This document shows, piece by piece, positions 1 to 12,640 of a stretch of DNA of 64,000 nucleotides. Source of the stretch: Ascidiella aspersa (lineage: Eukaryota); the NCBI GenBank assembly GCA_963924565.1, contig OZ004609.1:25172001-25236000 (forward strand), written 5' to 3'. Below the pieces are notes generated by a model. The model was not told the DNA's origin. It did not search any database and was given only the letters and a program-made list of their open reading frames with translations. The position numbers and the translations under genes are program-made. The stretch's first letter is position 1. Each line of letters opens with the position of its first letter.

Positions 1-1322
1 ATCTGCTGTCAATGGTCTTGAATACCATAAATATATACATACTTGTCAAAATGGTTTGGTAAACCAAATTACTAAACTTATAAAAATTTAAATACAGTGG
101 ATTAAATACCAACCTCTGGTTTTATATTATTCTGTGATATTGTTGTTATATATCACACTATTTTTCAATGTCATTCATACGGTGTTCTTAAGTTCGACCA
201 TGCTGGCTTTTAAGTGTTCACGCATAATTAGCCTACCGTAACTTTGAAATGAAAGAATAAATAAATTCTAAAATATATTGCTGGCCAACATATCAATTAG
301 CCTATGCTTCAATGAGACTTTTCCACACGAATGGGCAAGCTCAAGGTAAATATTTAAAACGCGAACGCATTTAGACATTAAGGTAAATTGAATTTTAATA
401 CGGAATGTATTTCATTCGGATAATGTAGCCGGGCACTTTTTAATGCGGCGAGAGACGTGACACCTGTCGTCTCCCGAAACACATTGCGACTTAACATAAA
501 AACACGCTCCGCGAAAGCAGCTTTCAAACTGGCGGCGGGTCGGGACTTGTTGAAGGTGTAGCTGGACGTGTAGCGCGCCGCTGGTCGGGATCCAACGATT
601 CGAACAGAGGGACAAGGCGACAACGGCGGCGGCAAAAGTCATCAATATTTTCTACGGCGACACGCAGGATTTTCGGTCGGTCCCTCGTTGTACCCGCTTG
701 CAGCGCGTACACAGAATAGGACGAGAGTCGCGCATGCAAATTTAATGCGCGGCGGCGACGGCGTCTTGGAATAGCAGCGATGGAAAGCCGTCGGCGAGCG
801 CGGCGCAAAATTAGAAGCGTCCTCCTCTTTGCTTGTCAGGTAGCGGTGCGACCGGAACGCATTCTCCACGGACTAAATTAAAAAATCTTCCCCGCCGCTC
901 GCCCGGCCGTCAGGTGTCCGTGCGCCGACCGGGACTCGGTGCCGACCGCGGCGACCAATACACACTTCACTTGCGGCCCGTCCGGGCAATAGGAATCGCT
1001 GCCCGAGGCCTCATCTTCTCGCTTCCTCTTCGAATAGGGCCCTAAATCGTCGCGACGACGTGAAGTGTCGGAAACGAATTTATCGATTGTTCCAGTGATA
1101 TATTAGCGGTCACGGATCGCGCGAATATTCTGATCTCGCAAGGTAGACGCACGACGGCAACCAGCCTTTAAACTGATTTACGATCATTGCCCGTTTCTTT
1201 TCCTGCTTGCGAAACGGAAAGATTCACTTATAATTTCCTCTCTCTCCGTCAATGCAAACTGGCTGAAAAGTCGTTGCGAAGTTAACTAAAAAGGAAAAGA
1301 AAATCCAGAGCAATCAGTAAAC

Positions 1323-1932
1323 CAGGGGTCGGCAACCTACGGCCCGCCTCCTCTTTGACAAACTATACACGAGTCTTATTCAAATACTTTTTGACTATTT
1401 TGACTACGTAAGTGCAAAACATTTTAGCGCTTCGCCCAAATCATTATTCTACCTACGGTTTGTTTACGATTTGATGCTGTGTTTTCACCTATAGATCAGC
1501 GCTTGTTTACCGTTGCGCCGTGGAAGGCAGCCAAGTGCGTCACGGAAAAACGGAAAACGTATTCAAAATATTGGACATATATTTTTTAATATTTTTTTAT
1601 TTTCGGCGTTGTAATGAAAAATTGCAAGAAATTTAAAAGATATACCGGTATACCCCAAAAAAATCGCGCTCATATTACACTTTTCATTAGTAGTATGGAT
1701 CACGACGTGTGAACTCGTTTTAAATCAAACAAACTCTCTTTTTCGCGCTTTGCGCCAACACTTTAGTGCCTCCTTAACGTAATTAAACACGTTTTTAAGT
1801 GCAAAAACGATCCGAGGTCCGGCTGATTCACATTTGTTCTAACATATTAATAACACAATTCTTAGTTATCATTTTGTGCGGCCCGCAGAGACCTTTCCGA
1901 GATTGGTTTTGGCCCGCGACTAGAAAAAGGTT
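1323..1932. mobile_element. hAT MITE, longer copy of the 52508-52822 family, right TIR truncated
   Basis: CAGGGGTCGGCAACCTACGGCCCGCC ... GCGGCCCGCAGAGACCTTT ... GGCCCGCGACTAGAAAAAGGTT; internal sequence shared with the second copy. Confidence 0.85.
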
Positions 1933-4900
1933 TCTTCAACACTGGGATCTCCCAAAATGTTTATTGCAAAACAATTAAAAAAAATAAGTTACAGATCAAC
2001 AAAAATAGCTGTGTTTTGGAAGGAATTCATTGAGACATTTTATTAATATTGTTGATTGTGTGTCACAAGATTTGTCGCTATGATCGTCTCAAACTATTGA
2101 CGCTCGCTTTAGGCACACTGAACCAGTGGCACACAAGAGGACCAGTGGTAACCTGATACCCAAATGGGCGGCAACTTTTAAGACGTTCGAACTGCGATTG
2201 CAGTTTGTTTGGCAGAATTTTAATTAAAAATTGTGGCAGCTGCGCGGGACAAAACCAATGTTTAAAGTCCGCTGCGACCTCGCGAATTTGCGCCCGGGCT
2301 TCGTGTCGCAGACGTCGTTTGCTGCGTGTTTTTCTAGGAAGCTGTCGAGAAGATCGCTCGGCTCGGGCCGGTCGCCGCACGCGCTGTTTGTTGCTTAAAC
2401 AGGCTAAATGAACTTGAAGTGTCACTTTGCAACCAGGCCCCGAATGCGGTCGACACATGTCGCCGTCGTCCCAGGGATGTTTCTGCAGTAGAGCAGGGAA
2501 ACATGGGAATATCGCATCCCTTTTCACCGCGTCGATGAATTTGCAGATTTGAGTGTGACCTTGGAAATAATATTAAAAGAATTGTCGAAGATTCTGTTGG
2601 AAAATCTAAACCTATAATGTTACCATTTTAGCGAAAGAAGTTCTTCTATAAGAAGCGCCTTGCTATTCAATTTTTTTTAAAATATCCATGCTATGAGGTT
2701 GTTGTTGTTGATTGGCTGCGCGTCGTGATGTGCGTATCTGCCAGACAACCCATTCTTTCAGCTAACCTATAAGGGATGCAAACTTTTAAATAGTCTAGAG
2801 TACATGATGACAGGACATTGGAAGGCGCCCTTATCAACGTATCTATTCACCTATTTATCAAAAATATATGTTCGCCGTTTAAATGCGAAGGGTAAACATG
2901 GTCTGCGAAATATGTAGCTGATCCGCCGAGAAAATGTTTAAATTTAATTATACCAAAAATTATAATACAGTAATAATAAATTTATGGCGTTAAAACATGT
3001 AAAATTAGATTTGGAAAAATAATTATCTGTCGCAAGATGAGTTCGACTTTCTTTTAAAAAATAATAGTCATATCCTGTAATATTCACTTCTGTCCTTCGG
3101 TCTTATTGGTAAGCTCTTCTCGCAAGTTAAGCCAAAGACAACAAAGATTCACGGATTCTGAAAATAAGGACACAGCTAAAAAACATGTTTTGTGAGGGAA
3201 TTCCTACAACCAACGCATTTATGTATGATGTATGTAGATGGTTATACAAAGTTATTATAGACAATAACCACTTTTGCCTCAGTGATATAATATTGCATAA
3301 TTACATAAAAATTTATCGTTTTTTCATCGGTCAAGCCAGTAGGCCTATTGCTAAATTTCCGCAATAAGATACATTGTCTTTGTTTGGTGTCCATCTTTAC
3401 CTGAGATATGCAGCTACCGCATAAGGCAAAAAATATAGGTCACCTCGGGATTTACTTTGATCGAAATTTTGTAAACATAATTTTTATTTAGCTTTCCTAA
3501 ATAATTAAGTCAGATTAGATATATCGCAACTGGTCCACCTTCTGTTTCGGCCCAAGATGTCTTCTCAGCAGATGGTCAAGCGTGCCTTACACAGGTTTTG
3601 AGCGACAGCACGATAACAGCGCTGGGCGATGTATTGTCAGGTAGGCGGCAGCCACTCGCGATTGCATCTATACGACATCGACGGCGAGGTACAAGCGGCG
3701 ATAAAGAACGATACAGAAAAGAGTCACGACGCGACAAGCGGGTGCCAAAATACGACAAGGCGAAATCGCATGAATTATGAAGGCGAGAAATTTCGAGTGC
3801 CAGCCTTTGCGCTTTTGCGAACTGCGCCTCTGCGCTATAAAAATGTGTATTCACGGGCCGGGTCGTTGCTATTGCCGCTGATACACAGTCAACACCTGCG
3901 GTCTGCCTGTGCATAACTGGCACGTCGTCCCTTATCTGATGAAATGCAACGCCACACGCGTGCATTTTTGCTGTCAAAACGAAGTCGCCCCGTGTCATTG
4001 CATTGCCATTGTCAACGGGTCAGGTTAGGGTCAATCTTCCCGAAAAATTATAAGCCAATGCCCATTGACATTGACGGATAACGGAAAAGGGTTAGGGCGC
4101 TTGAAACTGATCAGTGTGGGCTTAATTCCCTATACAGCCATTGTTGGCCTGTCCACGTTTTACAATCCCATACTTCCAGAGACAGTGTGCGTAGTTGGAG
4201 CTAACTCTCGTTGCAATTCAAGTCAATTCGTTTGCATAAACTTATCGGAAAACACTTCGCCCTCGTAGGACTATAATGGCTGTTATACGTTCAGTTTTTA
4301 AAAAGGGTTTTATTTCGGTGTTGAGCTACTTATCCCATTACCAACAGCGTTGTAGGTGCCGTGGATGGCGTGAAACAAAATGTGGCTTTAATCACGGTCG
4401 CCAATAGCACCCAAACAGCAAAACAGTGTGGCAAAGATAACCGACGACCAAAACAAACATAACGGTACCTAGTTATTTTAGGCCGTTGTCGATCACCTTA
4501 ATCACACAGTTTATTTTGATGGCACCGTAGTTTATTGTTAAAATGAACTGCGACACCATAGCGAAAATTGCGGCCACGCGACAAATCGAAACATGTAAAC
4601 ACTAGCAAACTGCGACCGAAAATAGACAAATAATATAATTTTTTGAAAAAGTTCGAAATGGGATCCTGTGGCTGCAATTGAGTTTTTTTTTTCTAAAACG
4701 GTAATAGTGCACTTATTAGCCTATCGCCTATACACAGTTAATATATAATTATTGTTTTTAAGTCCGATCAAACCATTATTTAACGTAAATCCAGAATTAA
4801 AATTTCGAAAATTGTTAAGCTAATGTAAGGTTTGCAAAAAATAATTTAGTAACACCGGTACGGAAAATGGAACTGTTGTTTTGTATAGCTGGTACGGAGG

Positions 4901-7900
4901 GTTTACAGGAGTATATGGAGCTAACGAAAAAGACAATCTCAGTATATCCATTAACCTGTAACCTCGCGAAAACCATAATACCCGCGCAAATATGCCTCAT
5001 GTTTCTGTCGTTAGCAGTGTATCTGTAGACGTATTTCACAAGCGGTAAATGTTGTTTATTGCATTTAGATTGCCAATATCTTCGAACACGGTTTGAGTGC
5101 ATCGTCGTACCAATTAATCCCATGTGGTGCGTTTTTCGGTCGCTTCGCAGACGGCTATAGCCAAAACTCAAGAGGAGGCTAAATTATTCGCCGTTCTTTC
5201 GCTTCTGAGGTTGCCGTCCCGGAGCGTCGGAGCTTATCTTCGAGCGAGGCTAGGAATTAATCCTGGCAGAGGGACATGACGGTTGTTCGCCGTGGGCCAT
5301 CGGGAGCCCTCGGCGTCCTCCGGCGCGGAGCGATCGGAGTGGAAGATAAGCGTTGCGCAGAGACTGATTGACAAGGGAGGAAGAGGAGAAAGAGAGAGAG
5401 CGCTTGGCCAATCGGAACGGCGCGCGGTTGTTTTCGTCCAAACACAAAACAGCTGGGCGGTGTTTACGGAACAAGCGCAGCGCCACCGCATCGCCTGCTA
5501 ATTATAGCGGAGCGCCGCGGCCCCTTTCTCCGCACCCGCCAGCGCCTTTTCCGAAAGTCGCGCTGTTTGGCCAAGATGCGGCGCGGCGATTGACCGATGG
5601 CGCGAAATCACAGGAAGTTTGGAAGGCATCGTAAATTACGTCGTCAGGTCGAAAAAAGTGGAAAGGACGCTTTTTGTCGCTTCGGTCGCATTTCTAGATC
5701 GTGATTGGAGCGCCCCTAACTGCATCAGGCACGTGGCGATATTACACGATCACCTACGCAATAGGTGAATACATATGGTCCGCAAAAAGATGGAACCGAA
5801 CTGACCGCATTTTTCTCCATACTTCACCCGCTGAAAAATCTGACTTAATAGATGATTTGCGATTATATATTAATAGTTTAATGTCACCCATCTACCACCA
5901 TAGCATCAATAACGGAACGTGCAAAACTCGTATAACTTACGAATAAAAGCAACTGACAAAGTTACCCCAAAACATACCAAAAAATACCAGTTTATTTACA
6001 GGGTTAACTTTAACGTATGTGGAAATTAGCGGCGGTTGCAGTCTAACTTATTTGTTATCAAAATTATTTTTTTAACGCTTTACTATTTCATACAGTTGTC
6101 CACAAGGTGGTCGATTTTATTCGTTAAGCCCCGATAAACTACAGTCGACCCACAAGTTTTCAACTTTGAAAAAGTTTGATTCACCTCTGCAAAAGTTAAA
6201 TGGGGCAACAACAGGCAAAACGTTTCGAAAACATACTAGCAAATCAACGTGAGAAGATTTATGTTAGGGAAGAACTCAAACCCCGAAACATAGCAGCTAA
6301 CAAATCTTAATACCCAACAGTTAAATTAACCGTTCTCCAAATATACCAGTTTCCAACTTTCACAAAACGATCACTTCGAATAGCCGCCAGTTTACATTAC
6401 TAGGTCGGGTTTAAAAACAATTAGCAAAAACGGCAACGCACCACACGTGTTTATAATTGAGGCGGCCTGGTTTTGAAGTGCCTTGGCCTTTTGTGACCAG
6501 AAGACTCGGCGGCTTAGACATCAAGCCAATTACTTTTTATTCGCGTTCGTCGTATTCGCAAACCTAAACAATGACCCATAACCAGATGAAGGCCGATTTT
6601 GCACTTGAAATTTCCACCGTTAAAACCTAGACGAACAGTTGGTGTCCGATAACAGACTAGAGATGAGGCGAGTCCAAATCATATTAGGGTTTGGCTTGCT
6701 GGTTGATCAAGCTTTTGTCATAAGTTCATATCTGTTTTATACCTATTTTGGCAGATACAATTTAAACGTTAACACCTGTCTTGGGTGAACTGATATTTGG
6801 GCTTTAATTTTAGCATGTTATCATTCCCAACGTTCATTATTGATTTGAAGTCCAATAGAAGGTATTGTTGGGTTACATATAGATATTAGAAAACAAGTAT
6901 ACACTCATAAAACAAAAATGATTGCAATGAACCAACAGTCTGTTAGAACAGACGGCCTTTGTGCCTTTTTTTCACAGAAAGTATTCGAAGAGGCGGCCGC
7001 GACGGGCGACCTCATTCGCCAGCCCAGAAAGTCGGCGTACATGCGGCTTTGTCTAAACATGCCTCAAAGTTGATTGAAAATGGCGAAAATATATTCGGTA
7101 CGGTCCTTCCCGAAGACTGTGCATGTTTTAAGGCCGCAGAACAGGCTTTTACACATGTATGCGCGAGTGAATTCGATTCCGGAGCACCGTAATTCCATGT
7201 TTTGGTCCCCCTGTTTGCCAAAGGGTTTGACGAAAAATAAAGTACGCGAATTTACGCCATCTAGCGGGTTAAATTCTAAGTATTAATGCGATGAATAGAA
7301 ATCGCTATTTCTATCTATTGATATGTTGCCTGGTTGAGCTAACTCTATTATTAATGCGATGGTTTGTGAATCACGATACATATTCGCTAAGTTGCTATTT
7401 TCCGTTTATAACTATATTTTAAGGCCGTAGATAATATATAAGATTTTTTTTAATAATCAAAATAATTTTAGGATTTCAGAATGTCAACAAGGTTAAGCTA
7501 TACGTCAATAACAATATACCTATAGTTTAATAAAAAATGAAAGTTGTTCAATGTTTTTATATGTAAATTAAATTAGGCCTACTTGAATGACTGGTATATT
7601 TAAAAAAATAACTTTCAGGTATAGACGTGCACAGACTTATGCCAAACCCGCAATGAGAAAAAACAAGAACTTTCTATGTGTTCTTATGTCAGTTAGTTCA
7701 ACAGTTACCTTGTATTGCAACTCATTGAGTCAAGCTCATAGGCCAACGATATCTTACATGACAGGTAATAATGAATCTCCAGGACACGTTTAACTATACG
7801 TTTATTGTTTGCGGGCACCTCACTGCCAACTCCAGTGATTGCCAAAATATACATAACACCTGAACGGACAGAGTTGATTATAATACAAAACCTTGCCTAA

Positions 7901-10900
7901 AAAGTCCGTGAAAATGGCCTACTGGGCCGAGCGCTCTTTTATAATTATAAATGGTGTAAAGTCCCGACGGAGCACCGATGAGTGCCTAGTAGGAACATTC
8001 CCAGTCGTAACGATGCAAAAAGCGGGACAAACGAAGGCTCGACGTTGCATCAACGCCATCATCCAGCTGCGGTTGATGAGTGTGCAGCGCGCAAAATCTC
8101 GCATCAACAAAGGCCGTCTCATACAGGGCCGCCGCGTCGCACCTCGTCATCGCAGAGGCCCGTGACAAATCGCGGATTCGCTAAGCCGCGTCGGCGTAGC
8201 AAAATCTGCAGGTGAACTTTGCCGGGCGGGGTCGGACGCTGTTCGGACCGGAATCCTTGAGGCCTCATCGGCGTACTCTGGCGCCGACCCCGCGGCCAAA
8301 TCGCAGTTGATGAGAAACTCTCAGGCGCGATGCCCGCCGCTGATGCCTTGCCTCTACCGAGCAGAGATAGAGAGCCCGCGAATTATCGCCTCCGCTTCGC
8401 GCGGCGTTTTGACCAGGGCCCGATATATCGGTGCATTTAGCGAACGCTGCGTACGCCTATTGTCGATCGTATCGCGATGGCAAAACCCGGCCTGAGCCGC
8501 TATTATTTTTATTGCCGTCGTCGATAAACGGAAGGCGTGCGCTCTCGACGGCGACAAATTGGTGCTTCGGTAAGGAGAGTGCCGTTACATCACTTCTACT
8601 GCCTCGTCAGACTAGAAAAGTGATTAGTTCTCCCTTTTTTTTGTTCTGATTTTAGTGCATTTTCCTGTTGCTATATGTCGGATGGCCCTCTCTTGAAGCA
8701 CAGAAATCAAAGTTGAATATGATCACTTGTTTGCTGTATACTTAAGAAACTATTATGTAACATTTGTTTTAATAATCAATTGTTTTTTGGGGCATTTTTT
8801 AATGTCAACAAACTGGGTAACCTGCATTTCCAATTTCAATTTGACGAGTTTGTAAAAGAAACCTGAAAATTTAAACCCATATTAAATCTATGGGGCCGTT
8901 AACGCCAATGTCGGGAAGAACCATTATTTGGTTCACGCTTTACCACATTGATTTGATAAAGTTTTAAAAACATGTATATGATGAGAAGCACAGAATTTTT
9001 GTTAAATGTTGAACGTTTGTTTCTAAATTTTTAAATTAAAAACTAACTTTGTTAAATCTCAAACAAAACCTTTGTTCAATCGCAAAAAGACAAAGGGACC
9101 TCGATTTATTTAGGTAAAGAGGCGGTGGATATCGAGAAACGTTGCCTGCAAATGAAACAGACATCAAGCGCCAAGTATGCAAATATATGCGCTTGCGTGG
9201 CGCGCAGAAAAAGCGACGAGGGTGGAGATGTTTATTTTTGCCTGCCGAAAATAGCTCGCTGGGCGTGATTCCGCGAAAAGCAAAACGACGCAATAGCAAC
9301 CAATAGGGCTTAATATATGCGCTCACCCTGTTGTTGTTTCTATCGATTTCGCAATATCAGATTGGCCGAAATTGGGCGCTGGCTCTGCGATCGCAGGACT
9401 CGATAAGAGGGCGTAAAAACAGTGGCCATATAGTCAGTCTTGTTGGTTTCTCTGCTTCCGCGCTCAATTCAGTTGATTCGGGACGATTTGATTGCGCCAC
9501 CGGAACCGGAAAACCGCTGGATCTCTTCTATCGCCTTTGCCCTCGTGGCCTATATATAAATCGTCTCCCCTCACAAAAAGCGTATACTTGTCAGACTTCC
9601 AAAAAATGAATACCTTTTTAAGTAGAAATGATGCGCAGTTAAAATTTGTCTATTTCAATAGTTAAATTTGACAAAATTGGTAAAACATATTTTGTGCGAT
9701 ATTGTTATGTTTTTCTGCGTTTTTGCTTGGGAAATGATATCCTTGGTTTAAAGAAAATAATACAAGAAAATTTAAATAATTTTGTTTATAGATATTTAAC
9801 AAGTTTCATTTTATCGAATTTAGCAAAGTGGAATAATCATTTGAAAAGAACGATCATCAGTTAGTCAATACCGCGTAGGATTGAAGGATTGCAACAATAT
9901 TACCTAAAAAAATAAATTAAGCAAAGTATGCCCCGTTGTCGACAACTGAATCAACATACGGCATATCGGACACAATACTAAACTCTGGACGACATACGAT
10001 GCTGCCATAACTCTGCGCCAGTCCAGACAACACTATATACACAAGCTTACGACTGCAATGGAAGATCGTGCGTGCTGACTGCCGAGCATTGTAGCCGACC
10101 GAGATCAGCAATCGGGAAAAACAAAATGGCGTCGCGGCACCGCGCGGCATCACTTTCACGGGGAGCCGGGCGCGTGTTTTGGCAACATCGCGGCGAACGG
10201 CTGCCTCTGCCCGTGCAAGGCACCGCCTTCAATAATCCGCTGGCCGCAAAATCGACGCTCGTATTGGAGTTGACATTCTCACAGTTTTCTGTTGACCCGC
10301 CTACGTTCGACAAGCGGCCCTCGCATTTCGGATGCCAACTCCTGCACGGCCATTGATAAAGTACAGCGGCCTTCTCCGGCTTGCTAAGCCTCCGTGTCGA
10401 GCCAACAAGGCGTCGTGGATTGATGCAACAGGATATATTACGTCATTGCTGCTAATTGGCAGAGGTTTCACCTCTGTGACGCGCACTGCGCTGGCCGAGC
10501 GACATTTAGACGTTGGGTCTTTCCTGGAAAAAGGTCAGACAACTTGTTTTTGGTTTAATATGTAGTCTATAATCTTCATGTGCAGCTGCCATTCGGGTTT
10601 TTACGTTTCGTGATCGGCATTTTAAGGCGTTTATTGCATGTGTATATGGTTCTTTCTATTTTTGTATATCCAACTACGTTTATTTCCCTTTAAGTATAAG
10701 TTACATTTTGAGATGACAATGTTTCGTAAATATTCTTTAAATATCTTGGGTATGACCACGTTTTTTATATTCATCGTATCATTTTTAGCACTACTTCACT
10801 GAATTTGACAATATTTTTATCATATAAATGCTTCTTGCCGAAACGTTGATATATAATTAAAATTACCAGAGGAGCTGTTTTTGATTTATAAATACTTCTT

Positions 10901-12590
10901 GTTTAGTGTTTTTGCAAAATTTTGTTTAATTAATTTTTTATAGTAGGCCTAATCATTCTTTGGCAACAATTTGTTAATGCATGCATTGTGTGCCAAGTTA
11001 ATGAGGTAACGATTATACAAACTATTTTGACCTTGTTTAGAGGTGCAGACCTCTTTATATATATATTTTTTTTACACATTTGATTTTTGATAACCTTTTA
11101 AGGTCGTTGGCTGCTTACCAAGCAAAAGCCGATAGCAGCATTGACGCACGAATTTTAAATGTTACCTGGATTTTGTGGATTTTGTGGTGTTTCTGGATCG
11201 CAACATGCTTCTAAATATAACTTGCCGCTGGTCAACTCGGTTTAATTCGCGTTGTTAAGCGGAAAATGTGCCGCGCGGTTTTCACGAAAGTTTGATAGCA
11301 AAACGAAATATTTAACACCGCTGTCTCTTGCAGCCCCGGTGCGTTGGCATAAAAACAACGGAATTTTATAGATAACAGTTTAAAGGAGCTCAACACGTTT
11401 ACCAACAACGTATATCGCCTTTAGCCTCGCAGATAAACGTCGGTTTTAGGTTTTGATAGATGGCATCAGTAGTGGACCAAGCATTTAGCGCCTTTAAGGA
11501 TTATCCTTGTATTAGAGAAATGCGTTTCTCTTTAAAACTTGGCCATGTTTTATTTAGGTTCAACCGTTTTTTTATGGCCATTTGCTTTGTGCTTCAGAAA
11601 GTGCTGAGTTCGCAAATCAGCAACAAAGTTTAACGACATTCATCAAACACCATTATGTTTTTCGTTTTCTTCTACGATAAAATAAAACACATTCATCAGT
11701 ACCGGTTTGCGAGCGCAGCCGAACGAAAAAAAACAACAAGTTGCAGTTTCGAACTTAAAATAGCAGAGGCGCGTGTGTAAATAAAGCGGCATATGTAGAA
11801 AATCTGACGAGGCCACATAAATCTCGACTAACTGCGACGGCCTTCTTACGCGGTTTGGCTTAGGCCACCGTACCAAGGCGTGCAAGCGTCGCTAAATGCA
11901 AGAGGAAAACGGCAACGTTAGCGAAAGGGCGTCGCCCCGGTCGCAACAGGTGAAAGGCTGTTGGTAAACATTGGCGAAAATGCACAACGGCGCGTTCGGC
12001 GAGGTTCGCTCGTTGTGGTCCGAATAAATCTCAATCAAGAGCGAGTGCGAAGGGAGTTTTTCTGCGCTAAACCAGCATGGCAAGGTTTGAAACGCCAGGG
12101 AAAAAAATATAATTGCTTTTAAAATTACGTTAAGTACGTTACATTTTTGATATAAATATTTCAAATCTTCAACGATTAATTGCACTAATTTAACGTTTGT
12201 TTGAGGTGCTGCGTTACGCTGAAAGCTGCTACGTTTAATTAGGTTTAGCTATTGTTTTCCTGTTGATACACATTTATTTAAAAAAACCTCTGGAAAGTAC
12301 GTTCAAATTTAGCAAATAGAAATTCATCTTTGAGTACTATAGGTTTGTTAACGAACAGAAAATTATTTTTAGATTGCATTTTTTTAGTTAGATTATTATC
12401 ATTTGTATAAGAATGTTTAAATTGCACTCATGCTTCTAGTGCCTTCGAAGAAACCAAATTGCGATTCACGAAATCCTGTAGGTTATTCGATTAGTAAAGG
12501 GATACTTAACATTCTTATATTTACGCCACTGTTTGTGTTTTAGTTATTTTATTGCTTTTAGTCTTTCGTAAATAAGTCCAAACTATAGAG

Positions 12591-12640
12591 TAGGGGTTCT
12601 TAAACTGGGGTCCATGGACCCCTTGGGGTCCATGAAGGTA
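12591..12640. mobile_element. MITE left-end fragment
   Basis: TAGGGGTTCTTAAACT followed by the palindrome GGGGTCCATGGACCCC (12607-12622), typical of hAT MITE ends. Confidence 0.5.
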
